From positions 696,265-760,264 of the forward strand of contig CAWARO010000006.1 of assembly GCA_963784445.1 (NCBI GenBank): a stretch of 64,000 nucleotides of DNA. The letters are read 5' to 3'. Position numbers and translations under genes: made by a program. Positions 19,224-32,519 of this stretch are shown piece by piece. Position 1 is the stretch's first letter. The number at the start of each line of letters is the position of its first letter. The DNA is from an uncultured Acidimicrobiia bacterium (lineage in GTDB: Bacteria; Acidobacteriota; Vicinamibacteria; Vicinamibacterales; UBA2999). A model generated the notes under the pieces. It saw only the letters and a list, made by a program, of their open reading frames with translations, was not told the origin of the DNA and did no database searches.

Positions 19224-20645
19224 CGTGTCCGACCAGAAACCAAGGGGAATGCGCGGGTGGAGTCGGAGCGCTGTGCTGACCGTCGCCATCGTCGACGGCG
19301 CTCGGCACCGCGGCGATCGCGGCCCTGCTCGTCAACATCCTGGAGAAGAAGGGCGAAGCACAGAACTCGTTCTTTCGCGTCGTCGAGTTGACGGACGACA
19401 CTGACGATCCGGCGATCTGGGGCAAGAACTTTCCGCTGCAATACGACGGCTACCTGCGCACCGTCGATCAGCAACGAACGCGCTACGGCGGCAGTGAAGC
19501 CATGCCGCGGACGCCAACGGAAGCCGACCCGCGCTCGATCGTGGCGCAGTCGCGCCTCGACGAGGACCCCCGGCTGAAGACCATGTGGGCGGGCTACGCC
19601 TTCGCCACGGATTTCCGCAAGAAGCGCGGTCACGCATACATGCTCGAGGACCAGAGCTTCACCGAGCGCGTGCAGCACTTCAAGCAGCCGGGCACCTGCA
19701 TCCACTGTCACGCGTCGGTGTACGTGCCCTACAAGAAGGCCGGGAACGGTGACTTGATCAAGGGCTTCGAACACTTCAACCAGATGCCGTATGCGGAAGC
19801 GCGCAAGTCCTTCACCCATCCGGTGGCGTGCATCGACTGTCACTCACCCGACACCATGGCACTGCGCGTCACCCGGCCAGGTTTCCTCGAGGGCATTCGC
19901 GCCCTGAAGGCCGGCGAAGGTGTTCAGGATTACGACGTGAACACGATGGCGACGCGGCAGGAGATGCGCGGCTTTGTCTGTGGCCAATGTCACGTCGAGT
20001 ACTACTTCAAAGGTGCGGAGAAGCGGCTCACCTATCCGTGGGCCAAGGGCCTGAAGGTCGAACAGATCTACGAGGTACTACAAGGAGGTGGGCTTCACCG
20101 ACTGGACCCACGCCGAGACCGGAGCGTCGAACCTAAAGGCGCAGCATCCCGAGTTCGAGATGTGGAACCAGGGCATTCACGCGCGCTCAGGTGTCACCTG
20201 CTCCGACTGCCACATGCCCTACATGCGGGAGGGCGCCCAGAAGATCACCGACCATCACGTGCGGAGCCCGCTGCTGAACATCAACCGCGCCTGCCAGACG
20301 TGTCACAAGTGGCCCGAGGAGGAATTGCGCGGTCGCGTGGAAGCGATACAGCAGCGCACCGTCGCGCTCCGGAACCGGGGAATGGATGCGCTGATGGCGC
20401 TGGTCGCCGACATCAAGAGCGCCAAGGCCGCGGGAACGACGGGTGCCGCGATGACCGCCGCGCTCGAATTTCAGCGGCATGGCCAGTTTTATCTCGACTT
20501 CGTCGAGTCGGAGAACTCGAACGGCTTCCACGCGCCACAGGAATCGGCGCGCATTCTGGGAGAAGCCATCGACTACCTGCGGCAGGGGCAGTTGGCGTTG
20601 CGGCCGTCGCACGCGCCGGCGGCGCCATCCCCCGGCCAGCGCTGA
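19224..20645 (+). pseudogene. nrfA: NrfA, pentahaem cytochrome c nitrite reductase (ammonia-forming), with 2 frameshifts (about 19290 and 20074)
   Basis: Five CxxCH motifs (CIHCH, CIDCH, CGQCH, CSDCH, CQTCH). The first haem is CxxCH rather than CxxCK, as in Campylobacter-type NrfA. The junction QIYE-(G)[10 protein letters not shown] and the N-terminal transmembrane helix are in shifted frames. GTG at 19224 follows GAGG-N6. Confidence 0.85.
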
Positions 20646-20671
20646 CAGCGGAGAATCTGTCTTCGCGAGCG

Positions 20672-21577
20672 CTAGCGCAGCCAGGCGAAGTTGTAGCCGG
20701 CGGCGATCGCGGTGAAGTCCGCGCCGATCGTCGTGTAAGCGCCGCGACTCACCGACACCCGAATGGCCTGGCGACGTGTCAGCCCCTTTGAGAACGTCGC
20801 CCCGATGCGCGAGTTGGTCTGGAGGTCGAGGTTGCGGTTCCCGCCGATTGTCGTTTGTCCGCCCCTGTAGAAGTTGGCGTCGGCGGCGAGCCACATCGCC
20901 TGTGTGAACTTGTAGGTGAGATGGACTTGCGTTGCGAGGATGGCGTCCTGCTCCCGCGTGCGGCCGCCCAAAAAATCCGTATTATCGGTAAACAGCCACA
21001 CGCCCGCCATCACTTCCACGACCCACTTGCCGTTCGTGCGCGCGAAGCCGAGCTCGGGCTTGAACGACCATCGATTGGTGCCGAGGTTGATCAGCTGTGC
21101 TGAATCGTATTGTCCGAGCGGCGGCGCCACCGTGAGGCTGACGCCGACAATGGTGCGCCACTGGTACGACGCGTACTCTTTGGGCGTCATGGCCGGCGCG
21201 CCGTAGAGATTGACCGCGAACTTTAGCCTCGGATCGCCCTGTCCGAATCGGCCGACCTCGGCGAACTCACCGAGGTACAACCCCTCGAGGTGGCCGGCCA
21301 CAATCGGCACCATCAAGCTGGCGTTGGCCGATCGTCCGGCCACCGCGAACGAACCCGCGAACGCCAGCGCCGTCGTGTTGATCGTGGCACTGGCTTCATC
21401 AATGGGGGCGCTGGGGTCGAACGCGAGGTCACCCCAGTTGATGCTGTTGGCGACCGTGACAATGTTCAGGCCTTTGGGGAGGGGCCAGTACGCGCCAGGC
21501 TCGAGCTCCTGCGCCGTCGCGCCGACGGGAAAAAGCAGGGCTGCGGCCACCACGAGCGCCGCGGAGTGCCAGCTCAA
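20672..21577 (-). CDS. Outer-membrane channel of the MetA-pathway (phenol degradation)-like family
   Basis: Signal peptide, then LEPGAYWPLPKG, RWSFKPELGF and a C-terminal beta-strand (AAGYNFAWLR). Pattern-based family call. The start (TTG at 21577 or a downstream GTG) is uncertain. Confidence 0.6.
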   Translation of the reverse strand: MSWHSAALVVAAALLFPVGATAQELEPGAYWPLPKGLNIVTVANSINWGDLAFDPSAPIDEASATINTTALAFAGSFAVAGRSANASLMVPIVAGHLEGLYLGEFAEVGRFGQGDPRLKFAVNLYGAPAMTPKEYASYQWRTIVGVSLTVAPPLGQYDSAQLINLGTNRWSFKPELGFARTNGKWVVEVMAGVWLFTDNTDFLGGRTREQDAILATQVHLTYKFTQAMWLAADANFYRGGQTTIGGNRNLDLQTNSRIGATFSKGLTRRQAIRVSVSRGAYTTIGADFTAIAAGYNFAWLR

Positions 21578-21933
21578 TCGGGTTCAACCGTGGCGTGCGG
21601 GCGCAACCAGTAAGCCTTGGGACGCAGCTCGCCCAGCACATGCGTTCCGGAGCGGCCCAACCCGCTCCGCCGGAACTCGGCGAACGATTCGCGATCGCGC
21701 CACTCGACCAGGCTGACAACGCTCTCGCCGTCTTCGCTCAGGAAGACGCGGCCGCCGACAAACCCGGGCATGCTCCTGAGCGTGGCTTCCGCCATCCGCA
21801 GCAGCGTGTCGGCCTGGCCGACCTGTGCGGCCGCGGTCGACGGGTAGATCACGAGCGCGACGAACGGCTCTCCAGAGTCCACGTGTTCTCTCTTTGATGA
21901 ATCGGGAAACGATTCAGCGGGCATCATCATCAT
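21574..21933 (-). CDS. Antibiotic-biosynthesis-monooxygenase (ABM, ferredoxin-like fold) domain protein
   Basis: 119 aa with FVALVIY...MPGFVGGRVFLSEDGESVVSLVEWRDRESFAEF. The start forms an ATGA overlap with the tkt stop. Confidence 0.6.
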   Translation of the reverse strand: MMMMPAESFPDSSKREHVDSGEPFVALVIYPSTAAAQVGQADTLLRMAEATLRSMPGFVGGRVFLSEDGESVVSLVEWRDRESFAEFRRSGLGRSGTHVLGELRPKAYWLRPHATVEPD

Positions 21934-23989
21934 TGCGGCACCAGTGTCAGTTGGGCTTTGACGGCGGCGACCACGTTGTCGACCGTGAAGCCATATTCCT
22001 TCTGCAGCGACTTCAACGGCGCGGACGCTCCGAAGGTCTGCATGGCGATAACCTTGCCGGATCGGCCGACGTAGCGCTCCCAGCCGAAGGCCGAGGCCTG
22101 CTCGATCGCGACCCGCGCCGTCACCTTCGGCGGCAGGATGCTGTCGCGGTACGCCTGTGACTGATGCTCGAAGATGTCCCACGACGGCATCGACACCACG
22201 CGCGCGCGCACCCCCTCCGCGCGCAGCGTCTCGTACGCCTCTACCGCCAGCGCGATCTCGCTGCCCGTGGCGATCAGGATGACGTCGGGGGTGTGGCCCG
22301 GCGCGTCAGCCAGCACGTAGGCGCCACGGGCAACGCCGGCCGCCGAGGCGTACTTGCGACGATCGAGCGTTGGCAGCGGTTGCCTCGACAGCACCAGCAC
22401 CGCGGGCTGATGCCGCAGCGGCATGATGTAGCGGTAGGCCTCGACCACCTCGTTCGCGTCGCCGGGCCGCAGCGTGACCAGGCCCGGGATCGCGCGCAGC
22501 GAGGCGAGGTGCTCCACCGGTTGATGCGTCGGGCCGTCCTCGCCGTCACCCATCGCATCGTGCGTGAAGACGAAGACCGTGGGTAATTCCATCAACGCCG
22601 AGAGCCGCATCGCCGGTCGGGCGTAGTCACTGAAGACAAAAAACGTCGCGCCGAACGGCCGCAACTTCGACAGCGACAGGCCGTTCATGATCGAGCCCAT
22701 CGCATGTTCGCGAACGCCGAAGTGCATGTTTCTGCCGCCGGGGCTGGCGGCCTGCAGATCGCCGGCGCCGGCGAAGGTGAGCGTGGTCTTGTTCGACGGA
22801 CCGAGGTCCGCCGACCCGCCGAGCAACCAGGGCACGCCTTGCGCGAGCACGTTCAGGACCTTGCCCGACGCTTCGCGGCCCGCCACCCCTTTCGGGTCGG
22901 CCGGGAACACCGGCAGGTTGGCATCCCAGCCGGCCGGCAAGGCACGCCGCTGCATCTGATCGATCTCCGCGGCCAGGTTCGGATGCTCGATGCGATACGC
23001 GGCGAATCGCTCATTCCACGCACGGCTCGCTTCGGCGCCGCGGGTGCCGATGCCGGCGGCGAAGTGTTCGCGAACGCCGTCGGGCACCAGGAACTGCGCG
23101 TCCTCCGGCCAATCGTAGACGCGCTTGGTGAGGCGGATTTCCTCCTCACCGAGCGGCTCGCCGTGCGCAGCCGCGGTGCCTTGCCGGTTCGGCGAGCCGT
23201 AGCCGATGCTGCTATCGAGAATAATGAGCGTAGGCCGGCCCTTGGTCTGTTGAAAGACACGCACCGCATGCTCGATGCGTTGGAGGTCGTTGGCATCGCC
23301 AACCCGCAACACGTTCCAGCCATACGCGAGAAAGCGGGTCGCCACATCCTCGGTGAAGGCGATGTCGGTGCTGCCTTCGATCGTGATCTGGTTGTTGTCG
23401 AAGATCCAGCAGAGGTGATCGAGGCCAAGGTGTCCGGCAAGCGACGCGGCTTCCGACGCCACGCCTTCCATCAGGCAGCCGTCGCCACACACTGCGTAGA
23501 TGTTGTAGTCGTACAACTCGAAGCCTGGACGGTTGTAGCGCGCGGCGAGCCATCGCTCCGCGATCGCCATGCCGACGCTGGTCGCCACCCCCTGGCCAAG
23601 CGGTCCGGTCGTGGCTTCGACACCAGACACCAGGCGGTACTCCGGATGCCCGGGCGCCTTGCTGCCGAACTGGCGAAACCTGCGAATGTCGTCCAGCGTG
23701 ACCGACGGCTCGCCGAGCCGCTCGTAATCAGCATTGACCGCGCGTGTGCCGGTCAGGTGCAGCAAGGACCACAGCAGCATCGAGGCGTGCCCGTTCGAGA
23801 GCACAAAGCGATCGCGGCCGGGCCAGATCGGATCGTGAGGATCGAATCGCATCACGCGATTCCACAACGTATAGACCAGCGGCGCGAGCGCCATCGGTGT
23901 TCCCGGGTGTCCTGAATTGGCGGCCTGCACCGCGTCCATCGAGAGCGTGCGAATGGTGTTGATGGCGAGCTGATCCAACTGGGTGTTTG

Positions 23990-23993
<4 letters not shown>
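21930..23993 (-). CDS. tkt: Transketolase
   Basis: Motifs AINTIRTLSMDAVQAANSGHPG and GDGCLMEGV (ThDP-binding motif), plus the full-length C-terminal domain. The start forms an ATGA overlap with the upstream gene. Confidence 0.9.
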
Positions 23994-26708
<2,715 letters not shown>

Positions 26709-26716
<8 letters not shown>

Positions 26717-28100
26717 GCGCGTGCTCCTGTATGTTGGGATCCGCCCAGCCCCCCGGCGGGACGACCTCGTCTGCGCGATGCACCGGCCATGTGCCCGGCT
26801 CGTACTCGCGAACCGGCGTCGTCATCGTCAGCAGTGGATCGACAATGCGCCATGCTTCTTCGACGTAGTCCATCCGCGCAAACAGTGTGGCGTCGCCTTC
26901 TAGGGCATCGCCAAGGACGCGCTCGTAGGCGGCCCGCTCCTCGGCACCGGGCTGCCGGCTCGCGACCAGCTCGGCCCGTTTCCCGATCATTTGATCCGCG
27001 TCGTCCATCGCCGTGACGCCGAATGCCACCATCTGTCGCGGCACGATCTGAAACCGGAAGTAATTCGATCGGGGAATCGCCGTCGGGAACACGGTGGGTG
27101 GCTGCCGTAGCCGGATGACGACCTCGGTACTGGTCACCGGGAGGCACTTGCCGGCGCGGATGTAAAACGGCACTCCCTGCCACCGCCACGAATTGATGTG
27201 CAGGCGAACCGCAGCGTATGTCTCGGCCTGCGAATTGGCGGCGACGCCGCGCTCGTTCCGATAGCCGCGGAACTGTCCGCGAACAATGTCGCCAGGCTCG
27301 AGCGCGGGAATCGACTTCAGGACCTTCACCTTTTCGTCGCGCAACGACTCGCTATCCATGCGCGCCGGCGGTTCCATCGCCAGGTTGCTCAGCAGCTGGA
27401 ACAGATGGTTCTGGATCACGTCGCGGACCGCGCCGGTGGCGTCGTAGAAACTGCCGCGGCCCTGGACGCCGAAGTCCTCCGCCATCGTGATCTGCACGCT
27501 TTCCACCAGCGTGCGGTTCCAGAACGCTTCGAACACTGGGTTTGAGAACCTGACGAACAGCATGTTGTGAACGGGGCGCTTGCCGAGGTAGTGATCGATC
27601 CGGAAGATGTCGCGCTCGACGAACGCACCAAGCAGGATCCGATTCAGGTCGCGCGCGCTCGGAAGGTCCTGGCCAAACGGCTTCTCGACCACCACGCGCG
27701 CGCCTTGCGCACAGCCCGATCGCGCGAGCTGCTCGACGACGGGTCCGAACAGCGGTGGCGGAATCGCCAGGTAGTGCGCGGGATGTCGCGCGCCGCCAAG
27801 CTCGCGCCTGACGGCCTCAAAGGTGGCGGGCTCCTGATAATCACCGTCGACGTATCGAAGCGATGCGCACAATTTGCCGAAGGCGGCACGGTCGAGGCCA
27901 CCGTGCTTCTCGAGGCTGTCTTGCGCCCGCGCGCGCAACTGGTCGAGGGTCCAACCGGCCTTGGCGACGCCGATAACCGGCACCGCGAGCTCACCGCGCT
28001 GGACGAGGGCCTGCAGAGCGGGGAAGATTTTCTTGTAAGCCAGATCGCCGGTGGCCCCGAAGAATACCAGCGCATCGGAACGGATGTCGCTCATGGTCAT
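26709..28100 (-). CDS. zwf: Glucose-6-phosphate 1-dehydrogenase
   Basis: Motifs FFGATGDLAYKKIFPAL, RIDHYLGK and LRFSN-type. Confidence 0.9.
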
Positions 28101-28107
28101 GCCCGCA

Positions 28108-29136
28108 TCACGCGGGCACTTCGTGGGTTTTTTCCACGTGCCCGCCGAACTGAAAGCGCATCGCCGATAACACCTGGTTCTGGAAATCCGCTTTGTCGCG
28201 CGAGCTGAAACGTGCATACAGCGCGGCCGTCAGCACGGGGGCGGGCACCTCTTCGTCGATGGCCGCCATGATCGTCCAGCGGCCCTGGCCGGAATCCGAG
28301 ACGCGGCCGCCAAACTTCGAGAGCGAGGGATCCTCGTGCAGTGCGGTGGCCGTCAGGTCCAGCAACCAGGAGGCGACGACACTGCCGCGCCGCCATAGTT
28401 CCGTAATTTCGCCGACGTTGAAGTCGTACTGATAATGGGCGGGCTCGCGCAGCGGCGTCGTTTCGGCATCGACGGTCTGCGACTGCTTGCCGACGTTGGC
28501 GGCGCGCAGGATGCCGAGGCCTTCGGCATAGGCCGCCATGAGTCCGTACTCGATGCCGTTGTGCACCATCTTGACGAAGTGCCCCGCGCCATTTGGCCCG
28601 CAGTGGAGATAGCCCTGTTCGGCAGTGCCGCGCCCCAGTTCCCGGTTCGGCGTGCGGGGGATGTCGCCGATGCCAGGCGCCAGCGTGTTGAACAATGGAT
28701 CGAGATGCTGCACAGTGGCCGGTTCGCCGCCAATCATCATGCAGTAGCCACGCTCGAGGCCCCACACGCCGCCGCTGGTCCCGACATCGACATAGTGAAT
28801 GCCCTTCGCGGCGAGCGCCTTCGCCCGACGGATATCGTCGACGTAATGTGAGTTGCCGCCGTCGATCAGGATGTCGTCCTTGTCGAGCAACGGCACGAGA
28901 TCACCAATGCTCGCGTCGACCACCGCTGCCGGCACCATCAACCAGATCGCGCGAGGCTTATTCAGCTTCTGGACCAGCTCAGACAGCGAAGCGGCGCCCT
29001 GCGCGCCTTCCCCGGCCAGCTCCTTTACCGCCGCGGGATTGCGATCGTAGACGACGCATGCGTGGCGATTGCGTTGCAGACGGCGCACGATGTTCGCGCC
29101 CATCCGGCCAAGACCGATCATTCCGAGTTGCATCAT
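28108..29136 (-). CDS. gnd: 6-phosphogluconate dehydrogenase (decarboxylating), short Gnd-like form
   Basis: Motifs [15 protein letters not shown] and [16 protein letters not shown]. The start forms an ATGA overlap with the ROK gene stop. Confidence 0.85.
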   Translation of the reverse strand: MMQLGMIGLGRMGANIVRRLQRNRHACVVYDRNPAAVKELAGEGAQGAASLSELVQKLNKPRAIWLMVPAAVVDASIGDLVPLLDKDDILIDGGNSHYVDDIRRAKALAAKGIHYVDVGTSGGVWGLERGYCMMIGGEPATVQHLDPLFNTLAPGIGDIPRTPNRELGRGTAEQGYLHCGPNGAGHFVKMVHNGIEYGLMAAYAEGLGILRAANVGKQSQTVDAETTPLREPAHYQYDFNVGEITELWRRGSVVASWLLDLTATALHEDPSLSKFGGRVSDSGQGRWTIMAAIDEEVPAPVLTAALYARFSSRDKADFQNQVLSAMRFQFGGHVEKTHEVPA

Positions 29137-29804
29137 CGACTCCTTCTCGCACTCGACGCTTTCTCCCACAGCCGAAAGCCGCCGGTGAACGCATAACTGT
29201 TGTTGCCCAGACGGCAGCCCTTCGGCAGCGTCTTCAACCGCTTGGCGTTCCCGCCGCCGAGGACGATGTCGTCAGGACTGAGCGCGTCAATCAGTCGCGC
29301 GGTGCCGTACTCGACATGCTGCTGCCACTTCTTCCGCCCGCGCAGCTGCAACGAGCGAACACCGAGATAGTGCTCCCACGTGCCGTTCTTGTACGGGAGG
29401 TGCGCCAGTTCCATGGGGATGACCACGCCATCGGCCACCAGTGCCGCGCCGAGGCCGGTGCCGAGGCCGAGGAACAGCAACAGGCCGCTCTTGTAGCTGC
29501 CGAGCGCCTGCATCGCCGCGTCGTTGATGATCTGGACGGGGCATCCGAAGGCACCTTTGAAATCGAACTTGACCCATCCCTTGGCGAGATTGTGCGGTTC
29601 AGTGGTGATGCGGCCATGGACGATGCGTCCTGGATAGCCGATCGTCACCGCATCGTACTGCCACTCCGCGGCAAGCTCTTTCACGTCGTCGACCATTTGT
29701 TTCGGCGTGAGCTTTCGGCCCGACGGAAACTTGCGCGCGGTCTGCTGTCCGGTGGCGAGGATCTTCACGTTGGTCCCGCCGATGTCCACAACCAGCACCC
29801 GCAT
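29133..29804 (-). CDS. ROK-family sugar kinase (glucokinase or polyphosphate-glucokinase-like)
   Basis: [15 protein letters not shown] and [11 protein letters not shown], 223 aa. Confidence 0.75.
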   Translation of the reverse strand: MRVLVVDIGGTNVKILATGQQTARKFPSGRKLTPKQMVDDVKELAAEWQYDAVTIGYPGRIVHGRITTEPHNLAKGWVKFDFKGAFGCPVQIINDAAMQALGSYKSGLLLFLGLGTGLGAALVADGVVIPMELAHLPYKNGTWEHYLGVRSLQLRGRKKWQQHVEYGTARLIDALSPDDIVLGGGNAKRLKTLPKGCRLGNNSYAFTGGFRLWEKASSARRSR

Positions 29805-29845
29805 GCGCGCGTCTCCCAGGCCGCCGTGTGTATCGCGGGCGGTGC

Positions 29846-30421
29846 CTACTTGGTCTTCTTGACCTCCTTCAGCTGAACGACCTCCGCGCCATAGTCCTCG
29901 ACAACGAACGCGGCCTGATTCATCTTGATCTTTGCGGCAGGCGCGATGGTGCCAGTGCCGTTGCCCTTGGCATCGACCGTGATGTCAATCACCGCAAACT
30001 CATAACCCGCTTGTGGCTTGGCGCCCGGCACGCCGGCGCCGAGAAACAACAGCGGCTGATCGGTGATGATCGTCACCAGCCGGCCGTCGCCGATCGCGCG
30101 CTCCAGGGTGAGTCGCGTTGGCGTGGCCTTGCCCGTCCCGATCTGAACGGTGCCAGTGGGCGCGACACCCACGAGCGCTTTTCGCAACGCCGCCGGGCCG
30201 CCGGACGTGAACGCGGCGACGAGTCCGTCCGCCTCGCTTTGGGACATCTTGCGGGCGATCGAGATGGTTACCGGCGCGCTCGCCGATGCGCCGGCCGCGG
30301 TCTTCACGGCCGCTGTGGCCGTAAACACTTCGGCAGTCCCCTGTGCACGCAGGGACGCGGGCGCCATCAGTACGACGCCGGAAATCACGATGGTGCCAAT
30401 CATCCTGGATGTGACGGTCAT
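29846..30421 (-). CDS. Exported protein of unknown function (family X, paralogue of 38203..38808)
   Basis: Signal peptide MTVTSRMIGTIVISGVVLMAPASLRAQG. Colinear with 38203..38808 through EVFT[AG]TA, GYE[FV]AVI[DE], KG.GTG and [DE]DY[GA]EV. GGAGAGG-A7-ATG lies upstream. Confidence 0.6.
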   Translation of the reverse strand: MTVTSRMIGTIVISGVVLMAPASLRAQGTAEVFTATAAVKTAAGASASAPVTISIARKMSQSEADGLVAAFTSGGPAALRKALVGVAPTGTVQIGTGKATPTRLTLERAIGDGRLVTIITDQPLLFLGAGVPGAKPQAGYEFAVIDITVDAKGNGTGTIAPAAKIKMNQAAFVVEDYGAEVVQLKEVKKTK

Positions 30422-30464
30422 TTTTTTCCTCTCCCGACTGTGAATGCAGCGACACCAACCGACA

Positions 30465-30479
30465 GCAATCCACATGCCG
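30465..30479 (-). promoter_or_regulatory. Candidate sigma-54 promoter for family-X gene 29846..30421 (and possibly the downstream pentose-phosphate operon)
   Basis: The minus strand reads CGGCAT-gtgga-TTGCT, with a predicted leader of about 32 nt that contains an SD sequence. Confidence 0.5.
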
Positions 30480-30625
30480 CTGCTGGGCGTGCCGGGAGCC
30501 AAGAGATCATGAGCACGACGCGACGTGGGGCCAGCCTGCCCCAGCGGGCCGTGACAGACAACAGCCGGCAGTGAGGAACTCGTGGCCGGCCCTACCACAC
30601 GCGGTGATTGCGCGAGGCATGCGGC

Positions 30626-30641
30626 TGGCACGGCCCGTGCT
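30626..30641 (+). promoter_or_regulatory. Candidate sigma-54 promoter for the DUF3302-HlyD-NodT operon
   Basis: TGGCAC-ggccc-GTGCT, with the GC element 26 nt from the ATG at 30666. It lies back-to-back with the 30479 motif. Confidence 0.5.
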
Positions 30642-30665
30642 CAGCCGATGCTGCAGGTAGGTTTG

Positions 30666-31238
30666 ATGATGTCGAATCCTCGTGCTCTCAATGCACCGAC
30701 CGCGGCGCATGGCGCCTCGCGTGCCGTCTTCGCCGTCGTGCTCGCCGGCCTATGGTCGCTCGGCCTGCCAGCGACGGCACAGGCCTCCCTGCTGTCGCCC
30801 GAAGCCGAAGACGCCATGGCGAAATACGTCGCGATCTTCGCGCTCTGCTTCGTGCCCGTGGTTCTGATCGTTCTGTTCTGGATGGTGCACGTGATGCCTG
30901 AGAAGATCGCGCATAAGCGGCATCATCCGCAGGCCGAAGCCATCCACACGTTGTGCCTGCTGTCGCTGGTCTTCGGTGGATTGCTGTGGCCCATCGCGTG
31001 GCTGTGGGCGTACACCAAGCCGGTCGGCTACAAGCTGGCCTACGGCACCGACAAGCATCCCGACTACTTCAAGGAGCACGGCCTTGAGGAGCCGGCGAGC
31101 CCGACGGCCGACATCAGGCAGCGGGTCGCCGCTCTCGAAGAGCATGGAGTGCCGGCGAGTGAGCTCGACGCGATCCGCACCGATCTCGCCGCCATCGAGT
31201 CGCGACTCGCGGCAGCCGACCGGAGCGAGGCACGCTAA
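30666..31238 (+). CDS. DUF3302 (YiaW-like) inner-membrane protein
   Basis: AKYVAIFALCFVPVVLIVLFWMVHVMPEKIAHKRHHPQAEAIHTLCLLSLVFGG. It sits directly upstream of a YiaV-like HlyD gene, as in E. coli yiaWV. The start (30648, 30666 or 30669) is uncertain. Confidence 0.65.
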   Translation: MMSNPRALNAPTAAHGASRAVFAVVLAGLWSLGLPATAQASLLSPEAEDAMAKYVAIFALCFVPVVLIVLFWMVHVMPEKIAHKRHHPQAEAIHTLCLLSLVFGGLLWPIAWLWAYTKPVGYKLAYGTDKHPDYFKEHGLEEPASPTADIRQRVAALEEHGVPASELDAIRTDLAAIESRLAAADRSEAR

Positions 31239-32509
31239 TGGAAGTCATCCTGCTCGGCATCTATGCCTCGATCGTTTGGCTGATCTTCATCAAGTTCAAG
31301 CTGCTGCCGTGGACGACGCCGTGGAAGGTCGGCGTGGCAATCTTCCCGGTGGTCGTGTTGGCGGCGACCATACTGCTCCTCAACATCTTTGCGCCAACGA
31401 CCACCGACGTCAGGGTGGTGAAGTACGTGGTGCCGATCGTGGCGCAGGTGAAGGGACGCGTGATCGAGGTCCCGGTTCAGAACAACCAGGTCGTGAAGAA
31501 GGGCGACGTGCTGTTCCGCATCGACCCGACGCCGTACGCGAGCGAAGTACGCGCCCTCGAAGCACAGTTGGTGTCCGATGAGGCAAAGGTTGGTGCTGAG
31601 CGGGCCCGGTATGGCGAAACCGAGACGCGCCTACCGGATGCCCAATCGGGCGAGCGGCAGCTGAACGAACAACTCAACCAGGCGACGAGCCAGATTGCCT
31701 CGCTGCAAGCCTCACTCGAACTCGCGCGTCGTCGTGTGGCGCAGAACACCGAGCTCGCCGCCGCCGGCGCCGGGAATCGCTTCGACCTCGAGCAGGCACA
31801 GACGAACGTCAACGAACTCACCGCGCAGATCGCTGCGGCGCGCGCCGTGGAACAGCAGGTGCGGGAAAAACTGTCGGGCCGCATCAGGGGCGATCTTGCG
31901 ACCGTCGCCGGTGTCAAGGCCCAGATCACGACGGCGAACGCGCAAATTCGCGTCGCGCTCGCACAAATGGAGTCGACGCGCGCCAAGCTCGAAAATGCAC
32001 AATGGAATCTCGACCAGACCACCGTGGTCGCGCCGAGCAACGGCACCATGGTGAACGTGATGCTCCGGCCAGGCTATTTCGTGACCGGAGTCGCGTTCAA
32101 CGAGGTGATGACGTTCGTCGACACCGAATACCAGGTGTTCGCGTTGTTCAACCAGAACGAGCTGCACCAGGTCGAGCCCGGGAACGAAGCGGAGATCACG
32201 CTCGACACCTACCCCGGCCGCATCGTCAAGGCACACGTGGATTCGGTGATCTGGGCGCAGGCCCAGGGGCAGATTGATGCCTCGGGCAACCTTCCCACGA
32301 CCACGGTCGCTGCGCCACCGGGGCGGTTCCCGGTGAAGCTGGTGGTCGCCGAACGCGACCACCAATTGTTCCTGGCCGCCGGCGCCCGCGGCTCCGCGGC
32401 CATCTACACTGAGCACCTCGCGCTCATTCACCTGATCCGAAAAGTGCTGCTCAGAACGGCGTCGTATCTCGACTACGTAATCATCAAGCACCACATCAGC
32501 CTCCACTGA
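31238..32509 (+). CDS. HlyD-family membrane-fusion (periplasmic adaptor) protein, YiaV/AaeA-like
   Basis: N-terminal transmembrane segment, lipoyl-like VKGRVIEVPVQNNQVVKKGDVLFRIDPTPY, a long coiled coil and a beta-barrel domain. TAATG start/stop overlap with the DUF3302 gene. Confidence 0.8.
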   Translation: MEVILLGIYASIVWLIFIKFKLLPWTTPWKVGVAIFPVVVLAATILLLNIFAPTTTDVRVVKYVVPIVAQVKGRVIEVPVQNNQVVKKGDVLFRIDPTPYASEVRALEAQLVSDEAKVGAERARYGETETRLPDAQSGERQLNEQLNQATSQIASLQASLELARRRVAQNTELAAAGAGNRFDLEQAQTNVNELTAQIAAARAVEQQVREKLSGRIRGDLATVAGVKAQITTANAQIRVALAQMESTRAKLENAQWNLDQTTVVAPSNGTMVNVMLRPGYFVTGVAFNEVMTFVDTEYQVFALFNQNELHQVEPGNEAEITLDTYPGRIVKAHVDSVIWAQAQGQIDASGNLPTTTVAAPPGRFPVKLVVAERDHQLFLAAGARGSAAIYTEHLALIHLIRKVLLRTASYLDYVIIKHHISLH

Positions 32510-32519
32510 AAGACGGCCC

